DNA from: Squalus acanthias
Lineage: Eukaryota
Length of the DNA: 64,000 bases
Direction of reading: 5' to 3'
NCBI GenBank assembly: GCA_030390025.1
Contig: CM059432.1
Location: forward strand, 50,098,001 to 50,162,000
Shown: piece after piece, positions 11,248-22,407 of the stretch
Position numbering within the stretch: the first letter of the stretch is position 1
How the letters are laid out: each line of letters opens with the position of its first letter
Notes under the pieces: model-generated
The model's input: the letters and a program-made list of their open reading frames with translations, nothing else
Databases searched by the model: none
What the model was told of the DNA's origin: nothing
Program-made: the position numbers and the translations under genes

Positions 11248-14130
11248 ACAACAACAACAACTTATATTTATATAGTGCCTTTAACGTAGTAAAACGTCCC
11301 AAGGTGCTGCACAGGAGTATTATAAGACAAAAAATTTGATACCGAGCCACCTAAGGAGAAATTAGGGCAGGTGACCAAAAGCTTGGTCTAAGAGGTAGGT
11401 TTTAATGAGCGTCTTAAAGGAGGAAAGAGAGGTAGAGAGGTAGAGGCAGGGAATTCCAGAGCTTAGGGCCTAGGCAACAGAAGGCACAGCCACCAATGGT
11501 TGAGTGATTATAATCAGGGATGCTCAATTAGGGCAGAATTAGAGGAGCGCAGATATCTCGGGGGGTTGTGGGGCTGAAGGAGATTACAGAGATAAGGAGG
11601 AGCGAGGCCATGGAGGGGTTTGAAAACAAGGATGAAAATTTTGAAATCGAGGCGCTGCTTAACCGGGAGCCAATGTAGGTCAGCGAGCACAGGGGTGATG
11701 GACGAATGGGACTTGGTGCGAGTTAGGACAGGGGCAGCCGAGTTTTGGATGACCTCAAGTTTACGTAGAGTAGAATGTGGGAGGCCAGCCAGGTGTGCAT
11801 TGGAATAGTCAAGTCTAGAGGTAACAAAGGCATGGATGAGTTTTCAGCAGCAGATGAGCTGAGGCAAGGGCGGAGACGGGTGATGTTATGGAGGTGGAAA
11901 TAGGCGGTCTTAGTTATGCTGTGGATATGTGGTCGGAATCTCACTTCAGGGTCAAATATGACACCAAGGTTGCGAACAGTGTGGTTCAGCCTCAGACAGA
12001 TGTTATATAATAAATACAGGAATGTTATATCCCTGTAACACACACTGTGTTATATAATATATACAGGAGTCAGTGGCTAGAGAATGGAGTTTGTGGTGGG
12101 GACCGAAAACAATGGCTTCAGTCTTCCCAATATTTAATTGGGGAAAATTCCTGCTCATCCACAACTGTATGTTGGACAAGCAGTCTGACAATTTAGAGAC
12201 TGTGGAGGGGTCGAGAGAAGAGGTAGTGAGGTAGAGCTGGGTGTCGTCAGTGTACATATGGAAACTGACGCTGTGTTTTCGGATGATGTCGCCAAGGGGC
12301 AACATGTAGATGAGAAATAGGAGGGGGCCAAAGATAGATTATTGGGGGACACCAGAGGTAACGATGCGGAAGCAGGAAGAGAAACCGTTGCAGGTGATTC
12401 TCTGACTACAATTAGATAGATAAGAATGGAACCAGGCGAGTGCAGTCCCACCCAGCTGAACGGCGGTGAAAAGGCGTTGGAGAAGGATGGAGTGGTCAAC
12501 CGTGTTAAAGGCTGCAAACAAGTCAAGAAGGACGAGGAGGGTTAGTTTACTTTTGTCACAGTCACAAAGGATGTCATTTGTGACTTTGATGAGAGCTGTT
12601 TTGTTACTGTGGCAAGGGCGGAAACCTGATTGGAGGGATTCAAAAATGGAATTGCAGGAAAGATGGGCACGGATTTGGGAGGCAACAACACATTCAAGGA
12701 CTTTGGAGAGGAAAGGGAGGTTAGAGATGGGGTGGTAGTTTGCAAGGACGGAGGGGTCAAGGGTTGTTTCTTTGAGGAGAGGGGTGATGATGGCAGATTT
12801 GAGGGAGAGGGGGACAGTACCTGAGGAGAGAGAACCGTTAACAATGTCAGCTAACATGGGAGCCAGAAAAGGAAGTTGAGTGGTCAACAGTTTGGTGGAA
12901 ATAGGGTCGAGGGAGCAGGAAGTGGGTCTCATGGACAAGATGAGCGCGGAGAGGTCATGAGGGCAGATCGGAGAGAAACTGGAGAAAGATGTGAATTCAG
13001 GGCTAGAGCAGGGAGGAACCTTAGAGGAAGTTTGGCCCGGTTGGCTAAGGGAAGGAAGGGAAGTGGCAGAGGCAGCTGAACGGATGGTCTCAATCATAGA
13101 GACAAAGAAGTCCATGAGCTTCTCACACTTGTTATCGGAGGTGAGGGTGGAGGAGACGGGGAGAGGGGTTTAAGAAGATGGTTAGCGGTAGAGAATAGGA
13201 GCTGGGGTTTATCTTTGCATTCCAGAATGATTCTGGAATAGTGAGCAATTTTGGCAGATGAGAGCAGGACCCGATAATGCTTTATGTGGTCCAGCCAGAT
13301 CTGGCGGTGAATGGCTAAACCAGTTGTCCGCCATATCCGTTCAAGTCTGCGTCCCTTGGACTTAAGGGAGCGAAGATGAGAGCCGTACCAGGGGGAACGG
13401 TCAGGGTGAGAGAGAGTAATTGTTTTAGTAGGGACTAGGGCATCAAAGGTGGTGGTGAGGGTGTGGTTGAGCAGATCGGTATCTGCAGAAATGTCATGAT
13501 GAATGGAGGACCAAAGGCTGGACAGTTGGGATTTCATAAGTGCAGTTGTATGTAAGAGAGTTGGGAGAGAGTTTTTTCCAGGGGCGGACACAGAAGGAAG
13601 TAGGTTTGGGGGGGGTGGAAGTGGATGTGGGTGGAGAGCGATACGAGGAAGTGGTCAGAGATGGCCTCATCTGTGATTGACACAATGGGAGTCGCGAGGC
13701 CACAAGAGATGGCAAGGTTGAGGGGGTGGCTGTGAATATGGGTTGGGGAGTTTACATGGAGGGAGAGATTAAGGGAGGATAGGAGGCTAGTGAACTCAGA
13801 GGAGAGAGAGCATAATGAATTGAGATGGAGGTTGAAATCACCGAGGATGAGTAGTCGTTCGGTGCAAAGGCTGAGGGAGGAGAACAGTGGAGATATCTCA
13901 GTAATAACATTTTTATGGTACTTGGGTGGGCAGTAGAGAACCAGAATTTTAAATGAGGTGAGAGGGGTGGAATAAGGTGAGATGCTAAAAGGAGGAGAAA
14001 CTGCCGGAGGAATAGAGGGACAGACCAAGGTGTGATTTGGTGATGAGAGCCACACCACCACCACGGCGGTCTGAGCGGGGCAAGTGGTGGAAGGTATAGC
14101 CAGGTGGGGAGGCTTCATTTAAGGGTAGGA
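11248..14130 (-). mobile_element. L2 LINE, 5'-truncated within the endonuclease, frameshifted
   Basis: Fragments GYTFHHLPRSDRRGGGVAL, LLILGDFNLH, ISDHFLV, QSGFRPCHS, LLDLFAAFNTVDH, SGVPQ, HMYTDDTQLY; (TTG)n tail. Confidence 0.93.
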
Positions 14131-14284
14131 GTAACCTCCACATGCATATATTAGTGTGGGTGCAGATCACCTTTGATGCACCCTGACCTGCCTGGCATCC
14201 CTCTGTTTGTCCTCCTTCTTCGAAAAAGCAGAGATACAGGGGAATTTGCAGTGGAAGGTCCATTGTGGCACCATGACAGCAGGA

Positions 14285-14400
14285 AAACATAGAAACATAG
14301 AAAAATAGGAGCAGGAGTAGGCCATTCGGCCCATCGAGCCTGCTCCGCCGTTCAATATGATCATGGCTGATCCTCTATCTCAATACCATATTCCCACTCT
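14285..14400 (-). mobile_element. CR1 3' UTR fragment
   Basis: aaacatagaaacatagaaaaataggagcaggagtaggcc...tcatggctgatc matches other CR1 tails. Confidence 0.85.
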
Positions 14401-14639
14401 GCAACAGTTATCACAAAGGTTGTTCAAATACCCCAGTGTCAACAGAAAAAGCAAAGGACAAAAGAAAAGCTTCGGCATTGACCTGAAAATGTTGTAGTCT
14501 TACTATGGTCTCTTTAAACTGATTCCCATGCGAAGCTCAAGGATTGATTCCCCAATCAGATGAGGAGTGTCACTCACAGGGAGTGCTGAATCTTCTCCTT
14601 ATATCAGGCAGTTGCCTATTGGAACCAATAAAAACTGTA

Positions 14640-14835
14640 ATTTAACAAAAAATTTAAAGGAAACTTAACAAATTAAATTTAAATACTATTCTTTGGGGTA
14701 GCGATGCACTCCAGTCCCTCCGCTGCCCACCGATCATGGAAGGCCGCAAGCGTGCCGGTGGACACCGCGTGCTCCATCTCCAGGGACACCCAGGCGTGAA
14801 TGTAGCCGCGGAAGAGAGGCAGGCAATCGGGCCGA
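14640..14835 (-). mobile_element. 3' end of a Tx1/L1-group LINE ORF2
   Basis: PDCLPLFRGYIHAWVSLEMEHAVSTGTLAAFHDRW resembles Tx1-like ORF2 C-termini (from recall); CpG-rich and followed by an AT-rich tail. Confidence 0.6.
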
Positions 14836-17012
14836 AACACAGGGAGTGCTGGTTGGGAAATTGCAGGCCAGCAATGCCTGATTATCCATTCCTTTAAATT
14901 AATGAACATAAAATCTGGGAATCCAGGCCCGTGATTTCCCAACTGGGACTTCCTGCGAGCAGAGCTCATAGCCTGGAGCAACCAATCAGGAAATTAACCT
15001 TTCAATGCCTAGCAACTCTGAATACCTAGTTTATATGGGCAAGTAAAGGAAATAGTATTAAAGAGGCAGAAATGCGTGACGTCCCTACAACAGTTGGAGG
15101 CATGTTTGACAATGTAGTGGCTACCAGCACCTGCCTGTTCCATGGCATTCCACCAATGCTTTGAGGAGTCTCGCTGGAGTGGGATAACGTATGGACACGC
15201 TGAGGGGATTTTGCTCATCAGACCCTTCTTCTGCTGCACCCTTGGTGCTGGGAAATGCAGCTGGATGACCAGCGATCAGCACGAGAGCCATTCATAGGAT
15301 GTGTCTGATCTGGGTAAAGCCTGCCATCATTGCTCTTTGCAAATGTTTTCCCAGTCTGTCAAATCCGACAACCAAACTATAAGTTGGTATCCAAGGTCTT
15401 AGTGGTGCCAATCACGCTCGTGAACTTACTTTGTTCTCTGCTTGGTCCCTCTTTGGAGTTCCGCTGGAGATTTGCTCAGTGACTGTAGTGATGCTGGAGG
15501 TACATTGCGGCACATTCTCTGCTAGCCACTGTAGACTGTTCATGGTGGATGTTACAAATGCCTTTTGCTGTTGCACAAACATCCCACGGGACAATTGGGA
15601 GCACCCCCATGAAAATTCAACCCTGTGGTGAGGATTGGACTTGGCCGTGATGCCCCCTCTCCACGTGGTGAATAGCCTGCAGATACTGGCTGGGACAGAC
15701 ATTCCTCTTGAGTGCTTGGGTGCAAAGCATTGCCTGGACACTGTGCATAGAGGAAATTCAGGCAGGGAGGATTGTGCACCTGTAATGGAGCCCACTCGAT
15801 TTTCCAACCATTCTTTTAAATGATCAGAAAAACATGTGCCGAACGTGCCCATATCTCCGATATGCACACCAGGTGGCCAAGGGTATCTGTCCTGCAATCT
15901 GAAAATTAGCCCTTCCAATTCAGTCTTCTGTGAAGTATTCCTTTAAGTTAAGTAGGTCTTTCTTTTAATTCAGATGAAACATCTAGGCCACAAACATTGG
16001 CAGGGGTTGTCCTGATCTCCTGCTGCAACTTCAACAGTAGATTGTCAAAACCCCTGCAGAAATTCACGGCCCAGACCTTTTACTGTTTCCTCATTGCATT
16101 TAATTGGCATCATTTTCAACAGTCAAGCTCTTTTCACTCGCACAGATCGATGGCACCAATGCATTATTTATACAAAGGCATAACAGAATTGAGCAAGGGT
16201 TTTGCTAACTGATGTGCAGCAAGAATATAGTTTTATAGCTGCCATCACCGGAGTTTCATTTGCTCTGTGCAGTGGTTAATGAGTTCCTGTCTGTGTCATT
16301 TTCAAATAAACAGGTTAATGACAGGACAGGAATTTAATTTGAACGTGTTAACCAATGTGCTAAAAATAGTTCACAGTGGCAATTTAAACCCCAAGGTGAG
16401 TCTACAATAGTCATTAATAATGAAAGACAAGGACGAGAATAGTAAGTAAAAGCTGAATAACATTTAAATTTTTAATAGTTCAATGCTACCCAATAAAATA
16501 AATGGATGAAACAATTGGAACATATTGTAATTTAAAACAAATACCTGGTTATAATTTAATAATTGCTACAGTGATGGTAAAATCAGTTAGAATTTCAATA
16601 GTTTTAATTAGTTATGGATCAGAAGCTACAAAATGAAACAGCGTGATTGACCACTGATCACACACGTAGGGTATTTTTGTAAATGAGCTATAATTAAATG
16701 ATTATAGAACTTAAAGAATTGGAAGGTGTGCAAGATGATTCATGTACTCTATGATTAGAACAGATATGGGACTTCTATATTACAATCAAGCGCAGCAGAA
16801 AACTTGTCTCAATTCTGCAAATCTTTTATCTCTCATCATGTATAATTCATCATATGACTCAGAAAATGGAGTAACAGCAGTGCTTCATTCCCATGTTGTT
16901 TCCCTTAGGTCATGAGCCCCATATCAGGCATCAGCACGTCTAAGTGGAATTTGATTACTTTTGCTTATTTGATTCAGAACAAGTGAGGATTCTGTAAATA
17001 CCACAATACAAT

Positions 17013-17108
17013 GGGGTTGAAATTCAACATCGGGGGGTGGGGGCACAAGACAGGTGATAGTGAATCAGCCGTCAGCTTTATGCCCAGCCGAAGTTGAATT
17101 TCACCCCC
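17013..17108. mobile_element. ~96-bp mini inverted-repeat element
   Basis: ggggttgaaattcaacatcgg ... ccgaagttgaatttcaccccc; related ends at about 58613-58728. Confidence 0.6.
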
Positions 17109-17371
17109 ATTTAATCAAGGCATTTCATCAGATGACACATTTACTGCACTTCATTGATGAAATATCTTCAAGCCATTAAGCTATTGTTCTGGCCAGTTAC
17201 TTACAACTGTGCGTTACTTTAAGAAAGGGTCATAAGAGACATTTAATGCTTGAACTGATAGATGAGGAGATGTGCAGAGTGTTAGAATTCTCAAAAATAA
17301 CCAAACTCCTGAGAGAGAAGTGCATCAATTCAATGCTCAGCAAAAAAAAATTATCAGTATCAAATACTCAC

Positions 17372-17430
17372 CTCGACAACTTGCTGAAAATCATGCAAAC
17401 AGACATGCGAAGGTGAATGATAATCAGATT
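17372..17430 (-). other. Candidate 59-nt host exon (unidentified gene)
   Basis: Acceptor ttttattccatttgtacag and donor GAG|gtgagt in unique sequence; open frame SDYHSPSHVCLHDFQQVVE; no homology recognised. Confidence 0.3.
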
Positions 17431-18221
17431 CTGTACAAATGGAATAAAACCAAACCTGTAGCTCAACATTTACATTTTTTTATTTATGCTGAAATACCAC
17501 ACGATTAATGAAGTTAATTAATTCATGTTTCACACTGCGCCTTCCTGTTATACACCATTTCAGTCAACCAATACATGTTCTTGGGAAACATAACTGGATA
17601 TTGTTAAACATGAGTTTGTCTACAAGATTATGGATTGGATGTTATCCCATTCACTATAAATAGAAGAAAAACAGGCCCCTGAATGACTCATTTAGTATGG
17701 TATTGAGCTGCACACATTTGGAAGGTCCCAGATCTGAAATCTTAATCTATACTAAGTTAGATGTCCTCAACTGGGCCATGGAAGGTGCCTCTATGTCACC
17801 GGACAGGGAAAACACACAGTAAGGGTTCCTGGTCCTGATTGCTATCCAATGATCTTTGCTGGAAAGTGCATTATATGCATGAATAAATTAATGAAATAAA
17901 TACATGTGCCTAGAAATTCATTTGCCCCCGAAAAAGGGGGCGGGGATCGCGATACGCTTGCAACCCATGCCTGTTTGGAGAACTGCAGGCAGAAAGCAAA
18001 CTTTGTGCTGCTTGCTCATTTCCATGATTGTGGCGGTCAGCCCAATGTTAAATGCGCTGCTGAGTGGCAGAACGCTCAGCAGGGGGCCCAAGTTCGTGTG
18101 AGGCTAGCACCAATTAAAGCTGCACTTCTGAAAGGCAGACTGCACCTCTTAAAGGTGAGGTGCATTCTGTCTGCAGCAGCTCATTCAACTGGCTGAGGAA
18201 AAGAGTGGAAAACAAACAATT

Positions 18222-19803
18222 AATGATAGTACAACAGGGCAGAGAGCGTGCAGCAAGGTTCTCCGATGCAGGACTGGAGGCCTCAGTGCAAAAGGTCAAA
18301 AGAAGGAGAGAGGTCCTCTTTCAACAGGGGGCCAGGAGGCCCTCCAGGCAACAGTGCAAAGTGCAGTGGGAGCAGATAGCCACTATGGTGAATGCCAGCA
18401 GTGTAGCTCTGAGGATGTGGATGCAGTGCAGGAAGATGTTTAATGACCTCACACGAGTGGTCAAGATCAGTGAATTCATCTTCAAATGCCATATCCCATC
18501 ATCTGCACCACTAGCTCAATGCACCACACCACCATCACTCACCTACCAACAATCTCTACCAAACACAACTCATACCTTACATTCATAGCTTCACCTCAGC
18601 CTAACACACTTACCACTGCTGCAAGCCTCACACCCACATCTTACAGCTTGCAAACACTGCTAGCTATTTACCCATGACAGGCACATCACCCAAACACATT
18701 GCACCACACTCACTAACACACTTCCCTTTCTCTTGCAGGAAAAGGTGGTGCATGAGACTGTCCCCCACCAGCAGAACCTAACCGGTGGGGAACAGGCTCA
18801 CCTGCATCACTTCATGCTCATGGAGGAGACGGTGCTGGCCATTCTTGGGAGAGGCATGGCTGAGCCCGTGGCCAGCGGCGGAGCTGGAAGAATACAAGAT
18901 GCCAGTATGTTAGCCTCCTTCCCACATCCCACATCCCCCTCATCCCATAATTCTTCTGATTTACAAGCGGCACATGGTGTAAGCAAGCACCTCTTGCTTC
19001 CCCCCCTCCCCTCACCACAACCCTACCCTTGAGTTTTTCTCATTTCAGAGACCCAAGAAATCCAACCTGCCCAGCCAATGGTTCAAGAAGAAGAGGGAGA
19101 GGAGAGTGATGAAGAAGAAGAAACACTGTCACTCGATCTGACACTCGCAGGCACCAGCTCAGATACTGGTACTGCGCACAGTTTAGAGGGTAGCTTAGAG
19201 GTGGTATTTGCACAGGGTGAGACACTGAGCACGAGTGGGCTGCAGCCAGAGCAGGGGGAAAGGGTAGCGCAGTTGCTAGCTCCCCGGAGGGCGAGGTCGC
19301 ACATGAGTTCTGCTGCAGAGGACTCAGATGAGGACTTCGATGAGATGGCCTACAGAAGAACGCTGATGGGTATGGACAGCAAAATGCTTGGTGCATTGGC
19401 AGGCCTGTCAGAAAGCCTGAGTGCAATGTCAAGGAGCATGGAGGAGTCCAGCAGCAACCTTGAACAGGGCTTTGCGAAGAGCTTGGAGCCCATCCTTTCC
19501 AGTATAGAAGGGGTGGGCAGATTTATTCGCGCACTTGTAGACCCAACCATCATGCAGCGTCTGATGGCTGATGTCTCAGCTCCCACTGCAGCACAAGCAC
19601 AAGCCACCCAATGTCTGAGTGCTGCAGTGGAAGCTCAGACTGCTGCCATCATGGCTGGGTTTACCAGTGTGAAAAAGGGCTTGCAGGGTGTCACGCATTC
19701 CAGCAATCTGTCCTCCAACAGATGGCTAGGAATGCTGAGGCACCACCCCGTGGGAGTGGCAGTGGCTCCGTGGAGCAAGAACCTGCGTCCTCTTTCAGGG
19801 TGA
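18222..19803 (+). pseudogene. Harbinger Myb/SANT-like DNA-binding protein gene, three exons (18222-18465, 18739-18904, 19049 to about 19800)
   Basis: RERAARFSDAGLE...WEQIA...QCRKMFNDL; acceptors ttgcag and tttcag; joined exons stay in frame; first donor reads AT instead of GT. Confidence 0.8.
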
Positions 19804-19859
19804 CAGCATTCGTCCTCCCACTACTGCCACTCTGCCAGTGCCCTTGCTGTTACCACCTT

Positions 19860-20900
19860 TCACTTCCTACTCCTCCTCTTTCTCCTCTTCCTCCTCCTCC
19901 TCTTCCTCCTTCTCCTCAGCTGGTCGCCGTATGCCTGGTGGCAAGATCTGGGCCCTCATGATGGCGAGGTTATGGAGCTTGCAGCAGACCACAAAGAAAT
20001 TGAGATGCATTCTGGTGAGTACTGCAGAGCTCCTTCAGAGCGGTCCAGGCCCGGAACCATTGCTTCAGCACCCCAATGGTCTGCTCTATCAGATTCCGTG
20101 TGGCAGCATGGCTCTCATTGTACGCATGCTGCCCACGTGTGGTTGGGTTGCGGAACAGAGTTATGAGCCAGGTGGTCAGTGGATAGCCCTTGTTGCCCAG
20201 TAGCCACCCTCTGGTTTGTCTTGGTGGCTCAAAGACTGAGGTAACAGCAGACTGCTGCTGAGTAAATGCATCATGACTGCTGCCAGGATATCGGGCATTC
20301 ACCAGCATGCTGTGCGGAACATGGTCGCACACGAACTGTACATTCAGTGAGTGGTAACCTTTGTGGTTGCGGTACATCTCAGCATTTAGATGTGGTTCCC
20401 GCAAAGCCACTTGTGTGCAGTTGATGGCGCCCTGCAACATGGGGAAGCCCACTATCCTGGCAAAGCCACATGCACACTCCGCCTGACAATGAAGTCCCAT
20501 CTCCTGGCTTAAAGAGTGTCTGTCACCTCTCTTATGCAGCAGTGGACGGCGAACTGTGAGATGTTACAGATGTCGTCTGCTCCAGCCTGGAAGGATCCCG
20601 ACGCGAAGAGATTCAGGGCCACGGTCACCTTCACAGCCACTGGCAGCACTATCCTTACCCTGGTGTGAGGCTACAGCTGTGGTTGCAAAAGGTAGTAGAG
20701 TTCTGTGAATGCCTCATACTGCTCCTCACTCAGGTTGAGCTAAGAGAATTGCTCTCGGAAGACCCTAGATGGGTAAGGCCTCCTACTGAGAGCCCTTCTC
20801 CCCCTTCTCCTTCTTCCTCTGCGAGCAGCTTGTCCTCTTCTTTGCTGCATCTGCTCCATCTCCTTGTCATGCTGCAGGCCAAGGGGATGACAACACCCAT
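19860..20900 (-). pseudogene. Harbinger transposase (DDE_Tnp_4, HARBI1-like), disrupted
   Basis: [90 protein letters not shown]; stops and frameshifts. Confidence 0.9.
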
Positions 20901-21399
20901 GACTGGGAGCAAGTGATCTGACCAGAACCCTTGAAGTTAGAACCAAGGCCTTCTCCAGTTGCAGCACCACTCCCTGTCACCTCACCAACTTTAAACAACT
21001 CTAGAAAGCTCCAAACTGTTCCACAAACTTAGATAGAGCCAGTAGAAATTAATCAGCAACTCACCTGAGAGTGGTTGATGATCCCTTTAAATATCACTTG
21101 TAGGGGGTCCTTTTTGAGCTGCTGAATGCATGTTTAGTTGTGTGAGGTTAACGCAGGGCATTAGTTCCAGCATTGAGGATGAAAATGGCAGTGCAGGCAT
21201 CAAATCAGCGTTGCATGCTGATTGACGTCACTAATTGCCTACTCTACATACTTCTGGCGTATGCTCCCAGTGCTGATGCTAATGCCCTCACCAAGAATTG
21301 TGGGCACGTGGCTTGGACGCCATTTTTGACCCAAAACAGCACCCATAGTGACCAAACAATGGGTGCTACTCAATCGAATACTCATCCTCCACCCTTATA

Positions 21400-21890
21400 A
21401 ACTTCAGCCCATCCAAATCTCAACTGTTCAAATCCTATCCTGCACCTGGTCCCACTCACCCATCAACTTTGTTTTCACTGATCTACATTGGCTGTATCAA
21501 ATCTCAAATTGAAAATTCTGATTCTTGCATTTAAATTCCTCCCCATATCTGTAACCTCCTCCACCAGTGGAAATACCTTCCCCAAAGTCTCCATCTCTCT
21601 GACTCTGGCTTCTTGTACATCCACCTCTCAACCCACCATTGGCAGCTGTGTCTTTAGCTGCCCAGGCTCCATGCTCTGGAATGACCTCCCGAATCCTCAA
21701 GTCTCTTTATTTTTCTCTCCTCCTTTAGAACCCTCCTTAAAACCCACTCTTCGAACCAAGTTTGTAGTCACCCCTTGAAATAGCTCCTTCTTTGGCTCAA
21801 CATCCATTATTTTCCCCTTACACTTCTGTGAAGCTCCATAGGAAGTTTCCTATATTAAAAACACCACATAAATGCAAGTTTGTTGTTGTT
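21400..21890 (+). mobile_element. Old L2 3' fragment
   Basis: Similar to 47245-47860; ends ataaatgcaagtttgttgttgtt. Confidence 0.75.
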
Positions 21891-22407
21891 ATCTACCTGA
21901 ACAGAACATCTTAGATCATCTTGATACAGTAGTGCACAGTGGTTTGGCAAATGTGACTGAAGTGACCAGAGGAAGATGGGAACGACCCACTGCCGTACAG
22001 ATTCAGCGTTGTGCTCCTTGTTGAGCTGGGCTATGAATCTACGGGCAGTAGCTGGAATAACTGCCCAGTAGCCTCTGGGAAAGTGCAGCTTTCAACCACA
22101 ATGTGGAGAATTTTGGTTTGGGCACTGAACGGGTGCAATATTAATGATTAATGCAGCACCCGTCCAACAGGGCAATTGGGAGGCTCAAACCACCTTCAGG
22201 TTTGGGCCTCATTAACATTTTGGCAGCGAACTGCGGCCAAGATGGGAACTCTGCCGCAGTTCACCGGTTTCCTGCTATTATGCCGCAGGATTTCCAGGGC
22301 TTCTCCTAATGGATGGAACTTGATGAGCATCTATAATAACTATAGGCCCAGTGTTCAAATCTAAATTGTTATTTTGTGCTTTGCGGCATGGGGCGCCCAT
22401 GATGGAC

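Larger units (their letters stand above)
17909..21380. mobile_element. Decayed autonomous PIF/Harbinger transposon (convergent Myb-like and transposase genes)
   Basis: Myb/SANT gene on plus, DDE_Tnp_4-type gene on minus, GC-rich terminal regions; exact termini uncertain. Confidence 0.85.

Noticed and set aside
15412..15918. 168-aa ORF as a host gene
   Set aside because: No recognised domain; at best weak similarity to Harbinger Myb last-exon sequence
17690..17880. Ancient SINE-like repeat (similar stretch at about 29040-29210)
   Set aside because: Too diverged to define boundaries or family by eye
19970..20500. Domesticated HARBI1 or deliberately inactivated transposase
   Set aside because: Stops and frameshifts are present, and both D-to-N changes fit CpG decay (cgac to caac)
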